This document shows positions 10,301 through 18,309 of a stretch of DNA of 46,160 nucleotides, in pieces. Under the pieces are notes generated by a model, which was not told where the DNA came from, made no database searches, and saw only the letters and a list, made by a program, of their open reading frames with translations. The first letter of the stretch is position 1; every line of letters begins with the position of its first letter. Both the position numbers and the translations under genes were made by a program. The DNA comes from Firmicutes bacterium HGW-Firmicutes-12 (GTDB taxonomy: Bacteria > Bacillota > Peptococcia > DRI-13 > PHAD01), in the NCBI GenBank assembly GCA_002841595.1, contig PHAD01000002.1:1-46160 (forward strand), read 5' to 3'.

Positions 10301-11367
10301 GGGAACAAATCCTAGGTCTGTTAGAAATTAATGCCGGTGAGGATTTTTTTGAACTAGGCGGTGATTCTCTTGATGTAGTAAACCTTATTACAGCCATTCA
10401 TTGTGGTTTTGGCGCAGAATTATCAATTAGTGATATTTATGAATTGCCGACATTACGCATGCAAGCAGAAAAAATAAAAGAACTCAAAACTGATGGAACC
10501 GTCTTGACTATATGTCCAAATCTCGTCACATTGCACCATAGCATAGAACCAAGAAAAGTATTTTTTATACACGCGGGTAATGGAGAAATAAACAACTACT
10601 ATGAACTAACTCAACTTCTTAATAGTAATATGTCTTTTTATGGACTACGCTATCTTACTAATAGTGTTGCACCTAATAATGTAACAATACAAGAACTAGC
10701 TAATCTTTATCTACAACAGATACGCACCGTACAACCTCAAGGCCCCTATAATCTTATTGGATGGTGTATCGGTGGTACGATAGCTTTTGAAATAGCCCGA
10801 CAACTTGAAGAATTAGGGGAACAAATTGACTGCCTTTCTCTAATAAATTCTATCTCCCCACGCGTATGGCATGGAGTAACCCCATTTACTCAAGAAACCG
10901 AGCTTAAATTCTTATTAGATATACTGCCGGAACAAGAAAAATATATAAGTACTAACGCTTTAGATATACAAGCACTATGGCAAGATGCAATTAAAGAGCT
11001 CCAATCTATAAGTAATATTGAGCAACTCATACGTACCAAAATTCCCAACGAAGTTGCTGTAAGTATCCCCAACCTTTGTAATACAGACATGCCTACCCTT
11101 ATCAAATATATCAATATTATACGTACTTTGCATGTTGCCCGTGTTTATTACAAACCCTCTACAGCATTAAATACTAAGCTTAGTTTTATCGAGGTTAGTG
11201 CAAATGATGTTATTACTGACAAAAATGCCAACCTAGCAGATTGGCAACGTTTCTGTTCTCATCCCATTAATCGCCTACAAGTACCAGGAGATCACTATTC
11301 GATTTTTGCCGCTCCTAATGTAGTAAAACTCGCTCACCTCCTTAGTTCCTTACTTGGCCGTGAGTAG
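7393..11367 (+). CDS. Stand-alone monomodular NRPS, C(starter)-A-PCP-TE
   Basis: C: YPLTHPQMRIW and HHLITDA (7789-7809); A: YTSGSTGLPKGV, FDIF, NGYGPTE, YRTGD, GRIDSQVKIHGHRIELGEIE, NSSGKTDR; PCP: FFELGGDSL (Ser 10366-10368); TE: GWCIGG and VPGDH; AAGGAGG RBS before TTG. Confidence 0.95.
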   Translation: MPKMYPLTHPQMRIWYVEKTFPGTSVANIAATVRIKERIDYIALEKALNHFIKINDSMRTRIIEQGTTPKQFFSPYEESSMELYDFSGQPVEALYEWDTKLSRISMPFIDSPLFYFVLFKLNDFDGGFFCKLHHLITDAWSEMLIVSQVMNAYRSFCEDREPEQTSNYSYIDYIAREQNYLLSDRYQKDQIYWIEQFTPVPELVTLQTKKPAKRSLAAKRKTFILSNEEAEQIRLFCKINEVTVFSFLLTMLTIYINRLTGSNDVVLGTPVLNRLNSKEKQMMGMFISTVPLRFRIDENAPYLEYVSSINKAWLSILRHQQFPYDVLQRTLRKSNTDLENLFEITLSYQNAKVTRESMLWDASTRWHFSGYQNEPLVIHINDHDDNGVLILNYDYNTSCFADREIQFIHSHFKSLLEDALHNPTKPIKSLSLIGQDELQRIQAFNSISSDYDKNKTFVELFERQVNLTPQAHALVFHDIPLTFADLELQANRLAYHLRSSGVKPDNIVAVMLPRGHELIISLLGVLKSGGAFLPIDPSYPSDRIKYMLSDSTAKFVITTPELANNFAINPGLVIPPNDKRINEAPSSRLPLVNKPEDLIYIIYTSGSTGLPKGVMVKHSGLSAYIHALNKIMYFQAGEAVLSICTIAFDIFIFEVFPSLVYGMKIILADENEQKIPSLQKELITNHKIVKFLGTPVRMKLLLDDPGSRESLANLKEVMLGGDIFPVSLLKQMQETLSAEIFNGYGPTETTIGVTFKNLTHSNDINIGRPIANTKIYILDKHMNLVPIGIPGEIYIGGDGLARGYLNNPELTSEKFIPNTFTPGEYLYRTGDLGRWYPKGEIAFLGRIDSQVKIHGHRIELGEIENAIRKHPNISDVVVLDIEDRGRKALCAYIVPSKDQTPDFHVLRKELYKRLPNFMVPSFYMLINTIPLNSSGKTDRRALPAPDSAKSLHNKFEPLTDSTEIKLSNIWEQILGLLEINAGEDFFELGGDSLDVVNLITAIHCGFGAELSISDIYELPTLRMQAEKIKELKTDGTVLTICPNLVTLHHSIEPRKVFFIHAGNGEINNYYELTQLLNSNMSFYGLRYLTNSVAPNNVTIQELANLYLQQIRTVQPQGPYNLIGWCIGGTIAFEIARQLEELGEQIDCLSLINSISPRVWHGVTPFTQETELKFLLDILPEQEKYISTNALDIQALWQDAIKELQSISNIEQLIRTKIPNEVAVSIPNLCNTDMPTLIKYINIIRTLHVARVYYKPSTALNTKLSFIEVSANDVITDKNANLADWQRFCSHPINRLQVPGDHYSIFAAPNVVKLAHLLSSLLGRE

Positions 11368-11387
11368 ATCTTTAAGGGAGTATTAAA

Positions 11388-13253
11388 ATGGACTTTTCAT
11401 TTATTCTGTTATGTCTTTCATCATTAATGCTATTTATTCTTTTCGCCTTCTCTTTAAAGATAAGAAGACGCAGCCATCTTTATTATGCTTTTTTAGCAGT
11501 ACTAGTAACTATGCTCTTTTGGACAAACGGTAACATTCTTGCCTGGATAACATATCAACAAACAGGAAAGATAGTAATGGGTTTTGTTAAATTGTGGTAC
11601 ATAGGCAACTGTTACCTACCAGTTTTTCTATACCTAACCGGTATTCTTTTCAAAAAAGATCGCCTTGAGCGGACCTGGCGATGTATTTTTCTATTTCTAC
11701 CTCCAACTATATCTTACCTTACTATCTTAACTAACGAGTTTAACGGCGGCTTATTCTATCGTCAATTCTCATTAATGAACACTGAGGTTATTTTAGGCCC
11801 GGTTTTCTATTTTCACTCAGCAATATCATATTTATATTTAGGCCTTGCCATCTACCATTTGATGACATTTTCTACTCAAACTACCGGACTATTCTCAAGA
11901 CAGTCCCTAATTATTATGACTGCTACACTTATCCCTATTACAGTAAATATTATAACTACTTTGAGATTAATTAATTTGCCCGTATATTATACTTCTATTG
12001 CTTTTTCTATTACTGTTTTTCTGTTCTTTATTTCCATTGTCAAATACCGTTTCCTTAACCTAACCCCTATTGCTATCCAAACTGTGCTTGACAAAATGAG
12101 CGATAGTATTGTTGTCATCAGTGACAACCATATTACATATAGTAACAACCCATTTCTGGAGAAATTTCAATTCAAGACTACCAAATTATATAATCTATTT
12201 GAGCTTTTTAATAGCCATCCTCATTTACAGGTTTTAGGCAACAAACTCGAAAAGAAAATTGAAATCTTGCAAGAGTCCCCAGAAATACATTCTTTTGATC
12301 AAGAGTTATTTCTAAATAACGATGTACACTACTTCCATATCGAAATAACTCCCCTCTATACACCTAATAATAATGTGTTGTGGGGTTTCTTACTTTTTTT
12401 TAAGGATACTACTCAAATTCGTAAAGCCAATGATATTATTCACCGCAATCAAACAATGCTAATAGAACAACAGCATCTCGCCTCCCTCGGACAACTTATC
12501 GGTGGTATTGCCCACAACATGAGAACTCCGATCATGTCTATTTCAGGGGGCTTAGAAGCACTACGTGATCTCGTACATGAATACGAGATCTCTCTTGGAG
12601 ATAATACAGTAACAGAGGATGACCATAGAGAAATTGCCGCGGAAATGATAGAATGGATTAAGAAGACTAAACCTTTTTGCTCTTATATGTCTGATATTAT
12701 TTCAGCTGTAAAGGATCAGGCCGTGCGCTTAAATGAATCATCAATGAGTAAATTTACTGTTACTGAGCTTTTAAAAAGGATAGACCTCTTAATGAAGCAC
12801 GAATTACAGATGGGTCACTGTATCTTACTTATAGATAACCGCATGCCTGAAGAAACAGAGCTCCCTGGTACGATGAATAATATGATTCAGATAATTGGGA
12901 ATATTATTGTTAATGCCATTGAGGCTTATGAAGATACGCAAAGTAAAATTGAGTTAATCGTTGATGAGTGCAACACGATACGTAATAATATTAGAATTTC
13001 CATACGCGATTATGGCCCAGGCTTACCAGAACAGGTGCGAGGAAGAATTTTTAAAGAAATGACTACAACTAAAGGCAAAAAAGGTACAGGACTGGGTCTT
13101 TATTTATCCTATCTTACCATCAAGGGTAAATTCGGCGGAACCATGTGGTTTGATACCGTTACAAATCAGGGAACCACTTTCCATATTTCAATACCCACAA
13201 TACAGGCAAGCACGACGACAGGAGGAAAGTACCATGAGGAAAAAACTGGTTAG
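11388..13253 (+). CDS. Sensor histidine kinase with N-terminal 7TM (HisKA_7TM-like) region, PAS-like linker and HisKA/HATPase
   Basis: About 7 hydrophobic helices in the first ~220 aa; PAS-like VLDKMSDSIVVI...FFKDTT; H-box GGIAHNMRTP; N-box NIIVNAIEA; DYGPG; GTGLGLY. Confidence 0.9.
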   Translation: MDFSFILLCLSSLMLFILFAFSLKIRRRSHLYYAFLAVLVTMLFWTNGNILAWITYQQTGKIVMGFVKLWYIGNCYLPVFLYLTGILFKKDRLERTWRCIFLFLPPTISYLTILTNEFNGGLFYRQFSLMNTEVILGPVFYFHSAISYLYLGLAIYHLMTFSTQTTGLFSRQSLIIMTATLIPITVNIITTLRLINLPVYYTSIAFSITVFLFFISIVKYRFLNLTPIAIQTVLDKMSDSIVVISDNHITYSNNPFLEKFQFKTTKLYNLFELFNSHPHLQVLGNKLEKKIEILQESPEIHSFDQELFLNNDVHYFHIEITPLYTPNNNVLWGFLLFFKDTTQIRKANDIIHRNQTMLIEQQHLASLGQLIGGIAHNMRTPIMSISGGLEALRDLVHEYEISLGDNTVTEDDHREIAAEMIEWIKKTKPFCSYMSDIISAVKDQAVRLNESSMSKFTVTELLKRIDLLMKHELQMGHCILLIDNRMPEETELPGTMNNMIQIIGNIIVNAIEAYEDTQSKIELIVDECNTIRNNIRISIRDYGPGLPEQVRGRIFKEMTTTKGKKGTGLGLYLSYLTIKGKFGGTMWFDTVTNQGTTFHISIPTIQASTTTGGKYHEEKTG

Positions 13254-14745
13254 TACTGTTCACGATTACAACATACTACTCGTCGACGATGAAATCGGAA
13301 TTATTGATTCAATTGGAACAGTTCTTAAACGTAATGGCTACATGTTTAAAGGGTGTACAAACCCACATGATGCAATCGATGCCGTCCGCAATGAACACTT
13401 TGATTTACTGGTATTAGACTTCTTAATGTATCCAATCCATGGAGATGAGGTAGTTAAGCAAATCCGCAGGTTTAATAAGGAGATCTACATCCTGCTATTA
13501 ACAGGTCATAAAGATCTCGCTCCCCCACTAGAAACCATAAAGCAACTGGATATACAAGGATATTGTGAAAAAAGTGATAATTTTGATCAACTTCTCCTAT
13601 TAATCGAATCTGGTCTAAAATCAATAAATCAAGTGCGGACAATTACTAAGTTCCGTGATGGCCTTAATAAAATACTGCAATCAGTCCCCAGGATATATCA
13701 ACTGCAACCAATAGATTCAATTCTTGAAGAAATCCTAGTTCAAATAATGCCTATTGTAAACAGTACAAATGCCTTTATTCTGGTGGATAACCCCACCGAA
13801 GAGAACAAGGATAACAAAAGTATATTTCGCGGTATCGGAAAATATAAGGCTGATTTGGATTCTTTCTGGCTAATGCTCACTTCCGAGTTTATTACGAATA
13901 TTGGAACAGCTCGTGCAGAAAAGACGAATGTGTTTCACGAGGAAGGTATTATTATCCCGCTTATCAACGAATACCAACATTCTTTAGGGATATTATATGT
14001 GGAGAGTCTAGACCGTGATGACGGTCTAGCTCTACTAGAGATATTTTCCAACCAAGCTGCTTCTTCTGTTAGTAATGCCTTTTTACATTCTCTAGTCAAT
14101 GTTAAGAACGAACAACTAAACAATACCTATATTCAATTAAAACGAAACTACTTAGATACGGTGCAAGCCTTACGCTTAGCTGTTGATGCGAAAGATGTCT
14201 ATACGCGTGGGCACTCTGACCGCGTAGCTTACTATTCCGTCGAGCTGGGTAAATTTATCGGACTTGGCCCTAAGGATTTACAAACACTTAAGCTAAGTGG
14301 GCTTTTCCATGATATAGGTAAGATCGGAACAGCAAATGATCTTCTTCTTAAGAGCGAGAAGCTTTATCCTGAAGAATACGAAGAAATAAAAAAGCATTCT
14401 CTCACTGGAGCACATATCCTCTCTGTAATATCCTTCTTTAAAGATGTCATCCCCATTGTAAGAAGCCATCATGAAAGAATTGACGGAACCGGCTATCCTG
14501 ATGGCCTTAAGGAAGACGATATACCCTACTTAGCAAAAATCATTTCGATTGCTGATGCTTTCGATGCCATGATGTCCGATAGAATGTATCGTTCCCGTTT
14601 AGAACGAGACAATATAAAGAAAGAGCTATTAAGAGGCGTCGGTAAACAGTTTGACTATCACCTAGTCAAGAGTTTTATAGAGATTATGGATAAATTACCC
14701 CCTACAGAAGATATTATAATGGATGATTTATCAATAGAATATTAA
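13234..14745 (+). CDS. Response regulator REC-(GAF/DUF3369-like)-HD-GYP, probable cyclic-dinucleotide phosphodiesterase
   Basis: REC: LLVDDE, LVLDFLM, LLTGH, YCEK; HD-GYP: HSDRVA, FHDIGK, HHERIDGTGYP, ADAFDAM; ATG 13234 after AGGAGG, overlapping the kinase 3' end by 20 bp. Confidence 0.9.
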   Translation: MRKKLVSTVHDYNILLVDDEIGIIDSIGTVLKRNGYMFKGCTNPHDAIDAVRNEHFDLLVLDFLMYPIHGDEVVKQIRRFNKEIYILLLTGHKDLAPPLETIKQLDIQGYCEKSDNFDQLLLLIESGLKSINQVRTITKFRDGLNKILQSVPRIYQLQPIDSILEEILVQIMPIVNSTNAFILVDNPTEENKDNKSIFRGIGKYKADLDSFWLMLTSEFITNIGTARAEKTNVFHEEGIIIPLINEYQHSLGILYVESLDRDDGLALLEIFSNQAASSVSNAFLHSLVNVKNEQLNNTYIQLKRNYLDTVQALRLAVDAKDVYTRGHSDRVAYYSVELGKFIGLGPKDLQTLKLSGLFHDIGKIGTANDLLLKSEKLYPEEYEEIKKHSLTGAHILSVISFFKDVIPIVRSHHERIDGTGYPDGLKEDDIPYLAKIISIADAFDAMMSDRMYRSRLERDNIKKELLRGVGKQFDYHLVKSFIEIMDKLPPTEDIIMDDLSIEY

Positions 14746-14749
14746 GAAT

Positions 14750-15166
14750 TCACTCGAAGTTATGTTGATCTTTTTTTCTATATACCATCCCAATAAAATT
14801 CGCTACAATTACATCTTTGTTGTCATCAAACACATCAACGTTATAACTGGCCAGCTTACTGTTTGCATATATTTCCTTTGCTTCAGCTATTAGTACTTTC
14901 CCTTTAGGTGGTCTAAAATATGTAATACTCACATTAATCCCTACCGCAACTTGTCCATATGAATTTGAAGCTACACCAAAGGCAAAATCAGCTAATGTAA
15001 AAGTAACTCCACCCTGCACTGAATCAATCGCGTTTAAATGATTATCACATATTTCTAATTTGGCAAGCGCATACCCCGACCCAACTTCTATGAGTTTTAT
15101 ACCTATAGATGCAGCAAACCGATCCTTTTTAAAATACTCCATCATTTGTTGTTGTTCTTTAGTCAT
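14750..15166 (-). CDS. PaaI-family hotdog-fold thioesterase
   Basis: DRFAASIGI, HLNAIDSVQGGVTFTLADFAFGVASNS; ATG 15166 after AAGGAGGAG. Confidence 0.88.
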   Translation of the reverse strand: MTKEQQQMMEYFKKDRFAASIGIKLIEVGSGYALAKLEICDNHLNAIDSVQGGVTFTLADFAFGVASNSYGQVAVGINVSITYFRPPKGKVLIAEAKEIYANSKLASYNVDVFDDNKDVIVANFIGMVYRKKDQHNFE

Positions 15167-15183
15167 AGTCTCCTCCTTATCCA

Positions 15184-15975
15184 CTAATAAATTAGTCTTC
15201 GTTTTAGCTTCTTAACTGCTAAATAGCCAAAAAACAAAATAAAAACAGCTATATAAAGCAAATCTAAAAACAGTTCTATTTTTAAACCTCCGGGCACACA
15301 AAACGCTCGGGATATTCTAACCACATGAGTTAGTGGAAGCATTTCCGCAAAATACCTCAGAGCTGCAGGAAGATTATCTATGGGAAACACTACTCCGGAA
15401 AAGAAAAACATCGGTGACAGTAAGCCAGTAAAGTAAAAATTAAAGTGGTTAATATTATTTACGGCAGATGTAATAAACATTGATATTGCTGCAAACATTA
15501 CCCCACATAGAAAACCGGCCCCAGCCGCCATAATACTTAGAGGGTACGTTATAATACCTGTTAACCAACCCACGATAAGAACGGCAAATGCAAAGAAAAA
15601 GCCTTTTGTTCCAGCAAAAAGTATCTCTCCAATTATAAGGTCGTCTGTGGAAATGGGAGCTCCCAGTATCCCATCATAAACCTTATCAAATTCTAACCGA
15701 ATAAAAGTGCCGAAGGTGCATTCATACGCTGCGGTAAACATTGCAGTAGTTACGATAAGACCACTTGCCAAAAACAAAACGTAATTCATTCCCTCAAAAT
15801 CCTCTAAATAGCTTCCTAAACCTATCCCCAAAGCAGTCAAAAGAATCAACGGTTCTAGGAAGGGAGTAATCGTATTGCTAAAAAAATTGGCATTATATAC
15901 CCTCACATGACGGTACCAAACACTACCAACACGTTTCCACCACGGGGGAACTTGATAAGCTTTATTGCAGTTCAT
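15184..15975 (-). CDS. ABC-2 type exporter permease, NodJ-like
   Basis: About 6 TM segments; LEPLILL..LGIGLG, YDGILGAPI, PMFFFSGVVFP, LPLTH motifs; overlaps the ATPase stop. Confidence 0.85.
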   Translation of the reverse strand: MNCNKAYQVPPWWKRVGSVWYRHVRVYNANFFSNTITPFLEPLILLTALGIGLGSYLEDFEGMNYVLFLASGLIVTTAMFTAAYECTFGTFIRLEFDKVYDGILGAPISTDDLIIGEILFAGTKGFFFAFAVLIVGWLTGIITYPLSIMAAGAGFLCGVMFAAISMFITSAVNNINHFNFYFTGLLSPMFFFSGVVFPIDNLPAALRYFAEMLPLTHVVRISRAFCVPGGLKIELFLDLLYIAVFILFFGYLAVKKLKRRLIY

Positions 15976-16897
15976 TTAGACTCCTCCCCGTAACCTTTAA
16001 GAATAAATCCTCCAGGTTGGCTGGACGAATATGATAATCATGTTCTGGTAATTGATCTCCTAAAACTGAAAGCGCTACAGCCTCATTACTATATATAAAT
16101 ACAGTGTCCTGAAAACACTCATATCTAAGGCCGTATTCAGTACAGTATGATTGGTAATCTCTAGTCCCTCGTTGGGCAGAATGAATTTCCATAACATATT
16201 TCTCTATACTACCTGCTAATAATTCTCTTGGAGGTCCCTCCAATATTTTTTTACCCTTGTCCATTATAATGATCCTATTGCAGATCTGAAAAGCCTCTTC
16301 CATATAGTGAGTTGATAAGAGAATAGTAACCCCTTTTTCTTGCAATTCCCGTATCTTATTCCAGATAAGATGCCTAACCTGAGGATCAAGACCAGTAGTG
16401 GGTTCATCCAATATCAATAAACGGGGGTTGTTAATAAGTGCTCTAGCAATAGTGAGCCGGCGCTGCATCCCCCCTGATAACTCCTGCACACGGGCCTTAG
16501 CTTTATCCTGCAATTCCATGAAAGATAGCAATTCTTCAATTCTTGTCCGGGCTAACTGGGCAGATATACCATAGAATTTAGCATATATTGCTAGATTATC
16601 TTTGACATTAAGTTCACTGTCAAGATTGTCTTGTTGGGGTACAATCCCTGCTAAAGCCTTTATTTTAAGTGCATCCTTTCTCGGATGAAAACCAAAAATA
16701 CTAATGTCTGTATCCTGACATTCATCAGGTACAGATACTCCATAAATTGTTTTCATGGTTGTACTTTTTCCAGCCCCGTTTGGTCCAAGCAGACCAAGAC
16801 ATTCAGTTCTTTTTACCAGAAAATCAAGACTATCTACAGCCTTTATATTGCCGTAAGTTTTATTCAGATTCCTCACAAGTATTTCTACATCATCCAA
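15962..16897 (-). CDS. ABC exporter ATP-binding subunit, NodI/DrrA-like
   Basis: GPNGAGKST, LSGGMQRRL, LDEPTTGLDPQ, THYMEEA, RPANLEDLFLKVTGR; probable TTG start at 16897 after GAAAGGTGA. Confidence 0.88.
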   Translation of the reverse strand: MDDVEILVRNLNKTYGNIKAVDSLDFLVKRTECLGLLGPNGAGKSTTMKTIYGVSVPDECQDTDISIFGFHPRKDALKIKALAGIVPQQDNLDSELNVKDNLAIYAKFYGISAQLARTRIEELLSFMELQDKAKARVQELSGGMQRRLTIARALINNPRLLILDEPTTGLDPQVRHLIWNKIRELQEKGVTILLSTHYMEEAFQICNRIIIMDKGKKILEGPPRELLAGSIEKYVMEIHSAQRGTRDYQSYCTEYGLRYECFQDTVFIYSNEAVALSVLGDQLPEHDYHIRPANLEDLFLKVTGRSLNELQ

Positions 16898-16954
16898 CTT
16901 AATATCACCTTTCCAATACTTAACATACTCTATCATAAGAATAGAGAAAGTAGA

Positions 16955-17137
16955 TTATTTTACTTGTATAGCTTTCATCGGACAGAATTTAATACACTTC
17001 TCACATTTAATACACGCCTCTTGATCAATTGTTGGCAGAGCATAACCTTCTTGCTTTATTGCATTAACTGGGCATACCTTCACTGCTGGACATCTGTGAT
17101 TTTGTGGACATCTACTTTCATTAACTGTAAGCTGCAT
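16955..17137 (-). CDS. Small 4Fe-4S dicluster ferredoxin-like protein
   Basis: CPQNHRCPAVKVCP and CIKCEKCIKFCP motifs; GGGAG RBS. Confidence 0.88.
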   Translation of the reverse strand: MQLTVNESRCPQNHRCPAVKVCPVNAIKQEGYALPTIDQEACIKCEKCIKFCPMKAIQVK

Positions 17138-17166
17138 AATCTATCACTCCCAATATCATATTATTT

Positions 17167-17219
17167 ATACCCCCGTAGGGTATGAATAATATGATATACC
17201 TATATACAATAATTTTCAA
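17167..17219 (-). promoter_or_regulatory. SigA-type promoter with a CsoR-family operator near +1
   Basis: Minus-strand TTGAAA(17219-17214)-17 bp-TATCAT(17196-17191); operator ATACCCTACGGGGGTAT at 17183-17167. Confidence 0.65.
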
Positions 17220-17260
17220 TTAAATTTTGTCCGCTTTCCATATTTTGTTTATTATTTAGA

Positions 17261-17434
17261 CTATTCTTTTACTATCTTAATTGAATCTAGTTGTTGTTTA
17301 AAATTCTGTCTGAAAACTGCCAGATACTCTTGGCGTAGTATCTGCTGTTCTTTAGACTCTTCTGCGGTTAAAGCCTGAAGCTTAGCAATTCTTGCTAACT
17401 CATTTATCCTTTGTATTCGTTCTTCATGTGTCAT
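17261..17434 (-). CDS. DUF896/UPF0291 (YnzC-like) small protein, 57 aa, absent from ORF track
   Basis: Manual translation MTHEERIQRINELARIAKLQALTAEESKEQQILRQEYLAVFRQNFKQQLDSIKIVKE; RINELA...LRQEYL..FR signature. Confidence 0.88.
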   Translation of the reverse strand: MTHEERIQRINELARIAKLQALTAEESKEQQILRQEYLAVFRQNFKQQLDSIKIVKE

Positions 17435-17481
17435 TTCCTAATCAACCCCCATCCAATATATCTCAACTTCTAATTTTGTAT

Positions 17482-18231
17482 TTAAATCTCAAGCCCAACG
17501 GGACAATGATCACTGCCCAATATGTCATCATAAATAGGAGCACACCTAACTTGATCCTTTATGCGTTCTGACACAAGAAAATAGTCAATGCGCCAACCAA
17601 CATTATTAGCCCTGGCCTTAAACATATAAGACCACCACGTATAAGCTTCTGTTTTGTCGGGATGTAAATAACGGAACGTATCAACAAAGCCTGCTCCTAA
17701 TAGCTCGGTCATTTTTTCACGTTCTTCAGGAGAGAATCCGGCGCTCCCAACATTAGACTTCGGGTTTTTTAGGTCTATCTCTCGGTGGGCCACATTCATA
17801 TCTCCACATACTATCACCGGCTTCTTTTTATCTAAGCTTTGCAAATGGGCACAAAAATCGTCCTGCCATCGAATCCGATATTCTAGACGTGCTAAACCCC
17901 TTTGGGAATTGGGGACATATATATTAACAAGATAAAAGTCATCATATTCTAAAGTGATTATGCGTCCTTCTGAGTCATGCTCTGCTATCCCCAAATCAAG
18001 CGTAACTACATTGGCTTTCATCTTAGAAAATACAGCTGTCCCAGAATAACCTTTTTTTACAGCACTATTCCAGTATTCCTCATAATCAGGAAGATTAATA
18101 TCAGCCTGTCCTTTTTGCATTTTTGTTTCCTGTATACAGAAGATATCAGCATCAATATCCTTGAAAAATTCCAAAAACCCTTTATTCAAACTGGCTCGTA
18201 GGCCGTTCACATTCCACGAAACAAGCTTCAT
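17482..18231 (-). CDS. xth: Exodeoxyribonuclease III / AP endonuclease
   Basis: SWNVNGLRA, CIQETK, GYSGTA, CGDMNVAH, GWRIDYF, SDHCP. Confidence 0.96.
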   Translation of the reverse strand: MKLVSWNVNGLRASLNKGFLEFFKDIDADIFCIQETKMQKGQADINLPDYEEYWNSAVKKGYSGTAVFSKMKANVVTLDLGIAEHDSEGRIITLEYDDFYLVNIYVPNSQRGLARLEYRIRWQDDFCAHLQSLDKKKPVIVCGDMNVAHREIDLKNPKSNVGSAGFSPEEREKMTELLGAGFVDTFRYLHPDKTEAYTWWSYMFKARANNVGWRIDYFLVSERIKDQVRCAPIYDDILGSDHCPVGLEI

Positions 18232-18309
18232 CTTATGCTCTTTACCCCCTTATGTTTAAATATTATGCCTATTTTAGCTCCCCGAAATCATAGCCAATAC
18301 CTATGCTGC

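Noticed and set aside
13150-13233. Longer N-terminus of the HD-GYP regulator given by the ORF track
   Set aside because: It lies inside the kinase gene; a strong AGGAGG precedes ATG 13234, where the receiver domain begins
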